NCBI GenBank assembly: GCA_038279365.1
Contig: JAYODI010000062.1
Coordinates: 1 to 35,579 of the forward strand
DNA from: Candidatus Latescibacterota bacterium
GTDB taxonomy: Bacteria > Latescibacterota > UBA2968
Reading direction: 5' to 3'
DNA: 35,579 nucleotides
Shown: in pieces, positions 1-8,047 of the stretch
Layout: the number at the start of each line of letters is the position of its first letter
How positions within the stretch are numbered: the first letter of the stretch is position 1
The notes under the pieces: model-generated
Databases searched by the model: none
Told to the model about the DNA's origin: nothing
Seen by the model: the letters and a program-made list of their open reading frames with translations, nothing else
Position numbers and translations under genes: made by a program

Positions 1-83
1 TGTGTCAGATATGGTGTGGCTTTTTTATCAAGTTTGAAGACTTGGAATATTTCCCATTGCTTAAAAATTATGACAAATACCAT

Positions 84-112
84 TTGCAAAATTATTTTTT
101 TATTACTATAAT
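84..112 (+). promoter_or_regulatory. Putative sigma70-type promoter upstream of the Nudix/HIT genes
   Basis: TTGCAA (84-89), 17-nt spacer, perfect TATAAT (107-112). Confidence 0.55.
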
Positions 113-280
113 ACTGTTAAATATAGCCTTTGACGAATAAACGTAAGGTGGTAGTGCGTAAATAGTGGGCGGGATTGTCGTGAGTTGTGGTGGGGAAAAG
201 TTCGTTTAGTGAGGAGTTATGAGAAAATGCCCGCCTAAAAATCAGACGGGGCGTCCTGCGCCTAAAACCAAAAAGGCCCT

Positions 281-919
281 ATGTCAACGAATGATGACTT
301 ATATCTAATCGCCGATGAATTGCAAGCAATTGCAAACATTGGTAGTCGCTTTTCAAAAAACGAGCACGATTTAGAAAGATATAAACAGATACGATCTATC
401 AGTGCGCGGATTCTTGGCGTTATTGAAAATCGTTCGCCAGATGAAATATTGGAGCAACTTGAAAACAATCTCTTGCATGTTTCGCCTATACTTGGATCTG
501 AAGCCGCTGTATTTCAAAATGATCAGATTCTTTTGATCAAACGGCAGGATGATGGTCTTTGGGCGATACCTGGAGGTTTGGTTGATGTCGGTGAGTCTTG
601 GGCTAAAGCTGCTGAACGTGAACTCTGGGAAGAAACAAAAGTGCGAGGAAAAGCAACAAAATTGATGGGCGTTTTTGATTCTCGCAATTGGAAGAGCAAA
701 AGCAACCTTCATCTGTATCATGCTGTATTTCTTGTGGAATGTTCAGACCCATCACCTACACCAACATCCGAGGCTACTGAAGTAGGTTTTTTTAGCCAAG
801 ACAATTTGCCACCGCTTTCCCGTGGTCATCATCTGAGAGTGCCATTTGTGTTTAAGCTCTATAAAGGAGAAGAGCCAATGGCATTTTTTGATTTGTCGAC
901 TGATGCCTTACCAGAGTAA
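281..919 (+). CDS. Nudix hydrolase with N-terminal Nudix_N helical domain (ADP-ribose pyrophosphatase YjhB-like)
   Basis: Nudix box GGLVDVGESWAKAAERELWEETKV; N-terminal ADELQAIANIG...HDLERYKQIR segment typical of Nudix_N. Confidence 0.9.
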   Translation: MSTNDDLYLIADELQAIANIGSRFSKNEHDLERYKQIRSISARILGVIENRSPDEILEQLENNLLHVSPILGSEAAVFQNDQILLIKRQDDGLWAIPGGLVDVGESWAKAAERELWEETKVRGKATKLMGVFDSRNWKSKSNLHLYHAVFLVECSDPSPTPTSEATEVGFFSQDNLPPLSRGHHLRVPFVFKLYKGEEPMAFFDLSTDALPE

Positions 920-1034
920 TCACCTGAAGGAGATCCCCAAGCTTGCGTCCTGCAAGCCAACCCCCAACCACCCCGGTGGGCACATCTCATAACACGCTTT
1001 GGCAGTGCCACACCACAACCACCCAACCCACACA

Positions 1035-1098
1035 GGCTGTTGACTAAATGCTTTGCTTATTATCAAAAAGCTCCTTATCATTTTCTTAAACAACAGCC
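1035..1098. repeat. 64-bp element bounded by 13-bp imperfect inverted repeats (possible MITE or IS-end remnant)
   Basis: GGCTGTTGACTAA (1035-1047) vs TTAAACAACAGCC (1086-1098; reverse complement GGCTGTTGTTTAA), 11/13 match. Confidence 0.4.
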
Positions 1099-1174
1099 CG
1101 TCAGCAACCGCGACCGTTAGGCAACAGCACCCTATCCCAATCGAGAAAAACCTATTGAATTATTGGAGATTCGA

Positions 1175-1678
1175 ATGTCTGAATTGAAGACCTTTCAGAC
1201 CAAAGATTTTGATATTCAGTCGTATTCTGAACGGATACAAAACAGCCCTTGTTTTATATGTGAAATGCTGTCAGGTAATAATCCCCATCACATCATCTAT
1301 CAAGACGAATCTGCTGTTGTCTTCCTCAATAAATACCCCTCTCTCTACGGTTATGCTTTGGTGGCTCCTTGTAAGCACAAGGAACAGGTCACATCTGATT
1401 TTACAAAAGCTGAGTATCTCGCTTTGCAAAAGCTTATCTATGATGTTTCCGAAGCCATCAAAAAGGTTGTGCCAACCGAACGCATATATGTGTTGTCGCT
1501 GGGGAGCCAACAAGGCAATTCACATGTGCATTGGCACCTTGCACCGTTGCCTCCTAATGTCCCTTTTGAAAAACAGCAGTTTGAAGCTTTAAAAATTGAG
1601 GATGGTGTTTTGGATATCTCAGAAGCCGAATTGGCTCAACTTGCCCAACAAATTTATGAAGCAATGGATTTGGATTGA
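1175..1678 (+). CDS. HIT (histidine triad) family nucleotide hydrolase
   Basis: HVHWHL triad motif, N-terminal CFIC, FLNKYP..GYALVAP; ATG 1175 follows GGAG (ORF track starts at TTG 1163). Confidence 0.9.
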   Translation: MSELKTFQTKDFDIQSYSERIQNSPCFICEMLSGNNPHHIIYQDESAVVFLNKYPSLYGYALVAPCKHKEQVTSDFTKAEYLALQKLIYDVSEAIKKVVPTERIYVLSLGSQQGNSHVHWHLAPLPPNVPFEKQQFEALKIEDGVLDISEAELAQLAQQIYEAMDLD

Positions 1679-1729
1679 TGAAGAACAACTATCATTTAGA
1701 ATAACGACTTGTCATTCAGGGAGGTTTTT

Positions 1730-2191
1730 ATGGAGCCATTTACCATATTTCTCGATACCCATGATCCAAAACAAACGCGTTTTTTTTGGATCATTCAATC
1801 GTTTTTGTGTTTGGTGTGGACTGTGCAAGGTGCGCGTGTATTTTACGATGCATCAGAGCGCACCAGTTGGCTGCATTGGATCCAGTTGATCGGTGGGCTC
1901 TGTGTTTTTATTTTTCTTGTGTATCACTATTTTCAAATGAAAAACAATGATCGGCCAAGGTTGGTATTTCATGACGATGGTTTAGAAATTAAAGCCAAAG
2001 CAAATGGGCAAGTGAAACAGCTGACTTGGCAAGAGATTGGGCATATTCACATCAAGATAAATGAGGTTGAAATTGTGCCTAAAACGAGTGATGCGATTCA
2101 AATAGGTTTGGATTCTTATGTTATCAATCAACAGGTGAAGCAAAATTTACAAAGATATGCATCTGAAAAAGAAATTGAAATTGCAGAGTAA
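1730..2191 (+). CDS. Hypothetical membrane protein (2 TM helices plus small soluble beta, PH-like domain)
   Basis: GGGAGG RBS before ATG 1730; two hydrophobic segments followed by PRLVFHDDGLEIK...LTWQEIGHI. Confidence 0.7.
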   Translation: MEPFTIFLDTHDPKQTRFFWIIQSFLCLVWTVQGARVFYDASERTSWLHWIQLIGGLCVFIFLVYHYFQMKNNDRPRLVFHDDGLEIKAKANGQVKQLTWQEIGHIHIKINEVEIVPKTSDAIQIGLDSYVINQQVKQNLQRYASEKEIEIAE

Positions 2192-2218
2192 TTTTTAAAT
2201 GAGGCTATCAGACACTGT

Positions 2219-3166
2219 ATGAACACGCCCGTTGGTATAGACCCACAAGATGAAAATGGTGATAAATGGGGTGCGCCTTACAATGCCGAAAGTTTTAAGC
2301 AAATGCGTGTGGTCGAAACGTGGCACAAATACAAAAATGTGCTTTCGTGGGGCAAGGGGCAGTGTTTGGCTATTTTGGATGATGGGTGTGATTTGTCTGC
2401 GCCCGCCTGGCAAGTGCAAATGCCTTGGGGGCCAAAGGTGGTGGCCACATACAACAGCATCGATGACAATAACGACCCTACACCTGTTCCTCCAGGTTAT
2501 CACGGCACCACAGTAGGCTACCCCTCATCCATAAATCTCGATGGTATATATGGTGTGGCCTATCAAAACAGTGTGGCACAGGTGCGCTGTGTGAGCATTG
2601 TACATCTTCATCAACAAGATGAAGCGCCCAAAATGGCCAAGGCCTTGCAGTGGGTGTTGGATCACGCCACAGATTACCACATTACGGCTGTCAATCTGTC
2701 ACCCTTAGATGATGAACGTCATCAGGAGCCTGTGCCCACGGCAATAGATGAACAATTGTTTTTGTTACGTCAGCAAGGCATATGGGTCAGTGCGCCGTGT
2801 GGCAATCATCATTATACCGATGGCATCTCTTGGCCTGCGTGCCAGCCTTATTGTTTTGGCATTGGTGCAACATTGCCCAACAAACATGAAGTGCATTTGG
2901 ACAGATATCACAACACCGATCTTTTGGTTGCTGCGCAAGCCACGTCTTCGTCGAATGCCTATGCAGTGGCCTGTGCTCAAATATTGCGAGAGGCAATAGA
3001 AATCTGTCATTATCCGTGGCAGAACGATGCTTCAAATTTGCCAGAGGCCATGTTGGGCATTTTTAAAAAAACGGGTGTTGCTGTACCCGATGCCGAAACA
3101 AATGCCACATTTCACGCATTGGATTTGCTGGCATCTGTCGATTTTGTTTTTGAATCAACATCCTAA
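2219..3166 (+). CDS. Divergent S8 (subtilisin-like) serine peptidase, no signal peptide
   Basis: AILDDG (Asp), YHGTTV (His), PCGN (oxyanion Asn), ATSSSNAYA (Ser; canonical GTSMA), GISWPA. Confidence 0.75.
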   Translation: MNTPVGIDPQDENGDKWGAPYNAESFKQMRVVETWHKYKNVLSWGKGQCLAILDDGCDLSAPAWQVQMPWGPKVVATYNSIDDNNDPTPVPPGYHGTTVGYPSSINLDGIYGVAYQNSVAQVRCVSIVHLHQQDEAPKMAKALQWVLDHATDYHITAVNLSPLDDERHQEPVPTAIDEQLFLLRQQGIWVSAPCGNHHYTDGISWPACQPYCFGIGATLPNKHEVHLDRYHNTDLLVAAQATSSSNAYAVACAQILREAIEICHYPWQNDASNLPEAMLGIFKKTGVAVPDAETNATFHALDLLASVDFVFESTS

Positions 3167-3252
3167 ACATGCTACAAGGGCATCCATTTTAAATGATCAG
3201 TGATTCGAGATCTCTTTTGTGGGCCCATGTTTCAGCGCCAGAATCGGTTTGG

Positions 3253-5241
3253 TTATAAATACTTTTCAAACCAGCGCACAATGTGATTGAGGCGTTCTTG
3301 GCGGTGCTTGGGGCTACCAGAACGAGAGAGTTCGTGGTTTTCGCCCGGAAATCGAACGAGTTCGGTTTCAACGCCCATCATTTTTAGGGCCACAAAAAAT
3401 TGTTCGGCTTGTTCAATGGGGCAGCGCCAATCTTCTTCTGAGTGAATAATGAGGGTTGGCGTTTTGACGTTTTGCACGTAGGCCAATGGCGAGCGTTTCC
3501 AATAGTTGTCTAAGTTGTCATAGGGCAAACCGCCCAATTCTTCCTGTGGAAACCGCCACCCAATGTCCGATGTGCCAAAGAAGCTGATCCAGTTGCTGAT
3601 GCACCGTTGTGTACAGGCGGCTTTAAATCTTTGCGTGTGCCCCACGATCCAATTGGTCATAAACCCGCCATAACTGCCTCCCGTTACGCCCACACGCTTG
3701 CTGTCGATGGGGTAATTTTTCAGTACAAAATCGGTGGCTTCCATAATGTCGTCATAATCACGCTCTCCATAATGCCCGCCCACGGCACAGGTCCAGTCTT
3801 CGCCGTAGCTTGATGATCCACGTGGGTTGATATAAAAAACGGCAAACCCTTTGGCACAAAGCAGTTGAAATTCGTGCATAAAACCCAAGCCATAAGCTGT
3901 GCGTGGGCCACCGTGAATTTGTAAGATGGCAGGGTGTTTGCGTTTTTTAGATGATGTGGGCAACATGATCCATCCGTCTACGTGAGCCCCATCACTGGCT
4001 TGAAAAGTGAAATGTTCGGGTGTGGCAAGGTGAAGGCGACCAAGCGATGTGTGGTTAAACTGTGTGAGTTGTTTGACGGGTTTGCCATTTTGCCATAAAA
4101 AGACTTCTGCCAAACGGGTGGGCGTCATTTCGGTATAGCTGGCAAGGGTGTGATCGGCACTGTAAGAGACCGATTCGATGCTGCGTGTGTTGTCGGTATA
4201 GGGTTTAAGGTGTTTGGTTTTTATGTTGAAGGCATAAAGCTGGTTGACGCCGCGGGTGGTGGCCACAAATTTAATCAGGGTGCCATCGGGTGACCACACG
4301 GGGCCAAAGTTGGGTGAGGCCCATTTGGCATCGGCATTGAGGCTTTGCTCGACACTCAGGTCGAGGTGGGCGGTGAGGCATTGGGCTTTACCGCCCGATG
4401 AGGGCACGCTGTATAAACGTCCATTGGTGCCATAAGACCGCGAAAAGTCTGAGCCGATAAAAACAATGGTTTTGCCATCGGGTGAGGGGGCTGGGGTACT
4501 TATGTTGCCAGGTAGACCCGTGAGTTTTTTTAGAGGACCTCCTTTTGCCGATATGCGATAAAGGTTGCGGGCATAGGTGTGGTCGGGGTCTTCTTCTTTG
4601 TTGCCTGTCAGGTAAATGTGTTGCCCATCATGAGACCACGTGGCTTGGCCAGCATCCCAATCGCCAGATGTGAGCTGTTTGGCTTTGCCCCCACGTGTCG
4701 AAATGACAAAGACATGGGAGCGAAATTTGTGGATGAATCCTTGCCCATTAAAACGATACGACAGGCGATGGGTGTGAACCACATCGCTTTTTTCGTTGTC
4801 TTTTCGTTTGTCTTCTTCTGGGTCAATGGGCACGCGGCCCGTAAAAAGTATTTGTTTGCCATCGGGCGACCATTTGGGGCTTCCCGCCCCATGCTTTTGA
4901 TGGGTGAGCTTGATGGCTTCCCCCCCGTCTGAAGGCATGAGCCATATCTGACCGCCCTTTTCGGTGTCGCTGGCATCTCGGCCCGATGTAAAACAAACAT
5001 ATTTGCCATTGGGCGACCAACGAGGGTTTGACTCCGATTGGGTTGAGTTGGTAAATTGTATAGGGCGCCCACCCTGGGCAGACACTTTCCAAATATGACT
5101 TTGGTATGAGTTTTTCTTTTTGTCGGGGTGCGTTTGGGTGAGGGTAAAGAGAACGGTGTTGCCATCGGGTGAGGTTTGGACGTCTGAGACAAACTGAAAG
5201 GTTTGAAGATCTTCGGTTTTAATGGGGCGTTTGGTGGGCAT
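3253..5241 (-). CDS. S9 family peptidase (acylaminoacyl-peptidase / dipeptidyl aminopeptidase-like) with N-terminal TolB/PD40 beta-propeller
   Basis: IHGGP, GGSYGG nucleophile elbow, EEDWRC (Asp), ENHELS (His); repeated WSPDG/SPDG blades; AAGGAG RBS. Confidence 0.93.
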   Translation of the reverse strand: MPTKRPIKTEDLQTFQFVSDVQTSPDGNTVLFTLTQTHPDKKKNSYQSHIWKVSAQGGRPIQFTNSTQSESNPRWSPNGKYVCFTSGRDASDTEKGGQIWLMPSDGGEAIKLTHQKHGAGSPKWSPDGKQILFTGRVPIDPEEDKRKDNEKSDVVHTHRLSYRFNGQGFIHKFRSHVFVISTRGGKAKQLTSGDWDAGQATWSHDGQHIYLTGNKEEDPDHTYARNLYRISAKGGPLKKLTGLPGNISTPAPSPDGKTIVFIGSDFSRSYGTNGRLYSVPSSGGKAQCLTAHLDLSVEQSLNADAKWASPNFGPVWSPDGTLIKFVATTRGVNQLYAFNIKTKHLKPYTDNTRSIESVSYSADHTLASYTEMTPTRLAEVFLWQNGKPVKQLTQFNHTSLGRLHLATPEHFTFQASDGAHVDGWIMLPTSSKKRKHPAILQIHGGPRTAYGLGFMHEFQLLCAKGFAVFYINPRGSSSYGEDWTCAVGGHYGERDYDDIMEATDFVLKNYPIDSKRVGVTGGSYGGFMTNWIVGHTQRFKAACTQRCISNWISFFGTSDIGWRFPQEELGGLPYDNLDNYWKRSPLAYVQNVKTPTLIIHSEEDWRCPIEQAEQFFVALKMMGVETELVRFPGENHELSRSGSPKHRQERLNHIVRWFEKYL

Positions 5242-5487
5242 GATGACTCCTTTAGGGTTTGAAGGGAAGGAACAAAAGGCAATTTAAGACGTTTAACCAA
5301 CATGCTGTGGGTTTTGATGTTGGGGGGGATATCTAATTTGTGTATGGTTTTTGCTATACAAGAGCAGGCACGTGTTTTTATTTATTTTAGTCTAATAAAT
5401 GTATGTAAACAGATGGCCACTATCATGCTGTTGGTAGGTTTGATGGCATTTTAGAGGGTTACAAGAAATATTAATGGGAGGGTTTTT

Positions 5488-6807
5488 ATGGTAAGAAATT
5501 TAAAGTTTGGGCCTGTTATCGTTTTTTGGATTGTATTATGCGTTACCACTGCACCACAAGCATCACCCGAGTTGGGTGCCCAGTTTCCTGCTTTTAAACT
5601 CCAAGGGCTCGACAGCCAATTTTATGGAACTGAAGGTGCAGAAGGCAAAATTTCTGTTTTGTATTTTTTGGGATATAATTGTGCCCCGTGTGTGGGGGCA
5701 GGGCCCTATTTGGAAAGTGAAATGTGGGCAGGTATCAAACAGATACCCAATGTACAATTTATGGGGTTGGATCTGTGGAATGGTACCATTCCACAACTCA
5801 ATCAGTACAAGAGTATCACTGGTGTTACCTTTCCACTTTTGAAACAGGCGGGTTTGACCCGTAATTATGCAGGTGCAGGTCTTTCAGACATGGTTGTGAT
5901 TGATCAAGAAGGCTATGTACGTCTTGTCATTAATGGTGAAGACCGGAATGCCTATGCAGATGTATTTGCAATGATTGCATCGTTGCAAAACAAAACGCCC
6001 ATTGTGCGTATGATTACCAAAACACTTTATTATGGGCGCACCATGCAGGTTGGAGAAGTCAAATCGCAAGATGCAACAGTGACCAATACGGGCGCAGGTT
6101 CGCTTGAAATCACGGGTATCAATTCACCCATTCCCAATGTGGTGATGGAGCCTCCCGCCTTTACTTTGGCTCCATACGCATCTCAAACCGTATCTTTTAC
6201 CTTTGCCCCCACTCAAACCGGCACTTTTTCGGGGGACATCGTTTTGCAGCACACCAATACAGGGGTGCCCAAGCTCAAATTAGAATTTATTGAGGTGGCG
6301 GTGTCTGGGCGGGTATTTCCCAGCATATCATTGGGCCAAAACAACCTTGATTTTGGTCAGGTCGATTTAGACAAAAAGATTGAAAAGGTTGTGACCATTC
6401 ACAATGCTGGGCCTGGTGTGCTTGCTGTTTCAGACATTCAATCGGATGTGGCTGGAATTGTGATTTCTGAAAAGCAGTTCGACATCCCAGCCAATGGTTC
6501 AAAAGATATTAAAGTTTCCTATCAACCTTCATCTGAGGGGGCTTTTTCTGGGCTGATTCAGGTGATGTCCGACGATCCAGACCATGCGATTATGTCTGTG
6601 TCTTTAACTGGTACGGGCGTTTTTGTGCCAGCTGATGCCCGCACCGACTTTGATGGTTCTGGCAAGGTAGATTTTGCCGACTTTCTGGTTTTTGCACAGG
6701 CTTTTGGTTCTACCAATGTGCTGATCGATGTGGATGGTTCTGGCAAAGTAGATTTTGCCGACTTTTTGACATTTGCACAATCATTTGGAAAGTCTGTGTC
6801 AAAGTAG
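5488..6807 (+). CDS. Secreted redoxin (TlpA/AhpC-TSA fold) with two ASH/choice-of-anchor-D-like Ig domains and a C-terminal dockerin-like domain
   Basis: Signal-peptide-like N-terminus; CAPC CxxC; VVIDQEGYVR; two NTG/NAG-x-G-x-L-x-(I/V) Ig repeats; duplicated DxDGSGKVDFADFLxFAQxFG. Confidence 0.8.
   Translation: MVRNLKFGPVIVFWIVLCVTTAPQASPELGAQFPAFKLQGLDSQFYGTEGAEGKISVLYFLGYNCAPCVGAGPYLESEMWAGIKQIPNVQFMGLDLWNGTIPQLNQYKSITGVTFPLLKQAGLTRNYAGAGLSDMVVIDQEGYVRLVINGEDRNAYADVFAMIASLQNKTPIVRMITKTLYYGRTMQVGEVKSQDATVTNTGAGSLEITGINSPIPNVVMEPPAFTLAPYASQTVSFTFAPTQTGTFSGDIVLQHTNTGVPKLKLEFIEVAVSGRVFPSISLGQNNLDFGQVDLDKKIEKVVTIHNAGPGVLAVSDIQSDVAGIVISEKQFDIPANGSKDIKVSYQPSSEGAFSGLIQVMSDDPDHAIMSVSLTGTGVFVPADARTDFDGSGKVDFADFLVFAQAFGSTNVLIDVDGSGKVDFADFLTFAQSFGKSVSK
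6646..6789 (+). repeat. Tandem 81-nt-period repeat encoding the two EF-hand-like halves of the dockerin-like domain
   Basis: GATGGTTCTGGCAAGGTAGATTTTGCCGACTTT (6652-6684) vs GATGGTTCTGGCAAAGTAGATTTTGCCGACTTT (6733-6765), one mismatch. Confidence 0.9.
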
Positions 6808-6877
6808 GTTCGCCAGCTTAATGTCTATCACACCTGCTATATGACGGATTATTGTCATGTCAATGTTGTATCACCCC

Positions 6878-6909
6878 AGGGCATTTTCTTATTGGAAATG
6901 CCCTTTTTT
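6878..6909. terminator. Intrinsic terminator between convergent genes
   Basis: AGGGCATTT...AAATGCCCT stem followed by a T-run. Confidence 0.7.
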
Positions 6910-7675
6910 ATTGGATAGGGCTTAAACCATGAGGCATAAAAATTTCATGACGAGCAGGGTCTGAATACCCTTCAATTTCCATGTGGGTTACACCTGGGCT
7001 TTCAAGAGCCGCTTTGACGATGTGTTTGTTAAAGGTGCTCACGTTGCTGCTGGTCAGATATTCTTGAACGGGCAACCAAAGACATTCTTCAATTTCTTCG
7101 GCCTGAATGGCAATATCTGCACTTAATGGAGACAATCGACACACAAAGTAAATGTCCGATTTGTTGTAGCGATAGCCATGCCAGTGACGGAAACAGACGA
7201 GGGCATCAAATTTGGTGCGTACACCTGTTTCTTCCAAGATTTCGCGTTCAACACAGGTGGCAATGTGTTCACCTGCATGCAGTGCGCCACCTGGCAATTT
7301 GTAATAGGGAGATTCTGATCGACGGTGTAATTCACTCACAACCAGAAGTTCTTTGTTTTTGTTGAGTACAACCCCCCCAGCACCAATGTAATGGGTGGCA
7401 TATTCGGGAATGAGCGCATCTTCTTCCAATCGTTTGGTGAGCAGCAAATAGGTTTCAGCCGCATGATGAAAGTGAAAGCCTGCTTGGGTGGCAATGTGAA
7501 TGATGGCGGCTTTTTCAATCGGAACAGTCAACCATGCCACTTTCATGCCTTCATTTTGCCATTCGATCAGGGAAGCAGATAACCGTCCTTCAAATTCTAC
7601 AGGATCGGAGGGCAACGCTTCTGCATCAATTTCTATTCCTTTAAAACGGTTTGGTAAGGCTTCAAGAATTTGCAT
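6908..7675 (-). CDS. Nudix hydrolase, NUDT6/plant NUDT2-like with N-terminal pre-Nudix domain
   Basis: Nudix box GGALHAGEHIATCVEREILEETGV; SLIEWQNEG..VAWL...GFHFHHA..YLLL pre-Nudix segment; KSDIYFVCRL. Confidence 0.88.
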   Translation of the reverse strand: MQILEALPNRFKGIEIDAEALPSDPVEFEGRLSASLIEWQNEGMKVAWLTVPIEKAAIIHIATQAGFHFHHAAETYLLLTKRLEEDALIPEYATHYIGAGGVVLNKNKELLVVSELHRRSESPYYKLPGGALHAGEHIATCVEREILEETGVRTKFDALVCFRHWHGYRYNKSDIYFVCRLSPLSADIAIQAEEIEECLWLPVQEYLTSSNVSTFNKHIVKAALESPGVTHMEIEGYSDPARHEIFMPHGLSPIQ

Positions 7676-8047
7676 GAATCACCTCTTAAAAGGGTAATGA
7701 AAGGGCAAACGAAAAATCAAATCTATGCCGTTCACACAGTTTTTTTTATTCTTTTTGACAACGTGGCAAATTACGTCACAAAACAAGCCAGGGCAAGCGG
7801 ATTTACAACTGGGAGGTTTCGCTTGACATCCAATCCTATGCCAGTGATATTGCCCCAAAAGAACGGCTGCCCAATGAAAGGGTTTTGAGAATTTGGCATA
7901 TTTGCTCAATTTTAAATTGATGGCCAGATACCGTTTGGGCATTTGCTGTGTTGCAAGTCATTGGGGAAACCACCTGTTGACGTGGGGCGTATAGATGTTT
8001 TACTTGCCACAGGGTAAGGACGAATCAAAGAAGGTTGGGAGATTTTT

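Noticed and set aside
4608-5303. 231-aa alternative-frame ORF on the minus strand
   Set aside because: Overlaps the well-supported S9 peptidase in another frame, has no recognisable motifs, and its Pro/Lys/Thr bias is what a shifted frame would give
7700-7800. GGGCAAAC and GGCAAA motifs suggesting a c-di-GMP-I riboswitch
   Set aside because: The GAAA-capped P2 stem and the GACGCAAAGC segment are missing
7670-7942. Short ORFs (72 and 87 aa) in the divergent intergenic region
   Set aside because: No RBS or motifs; the region contains promoter-like TTGACA/TTGACG elements instead
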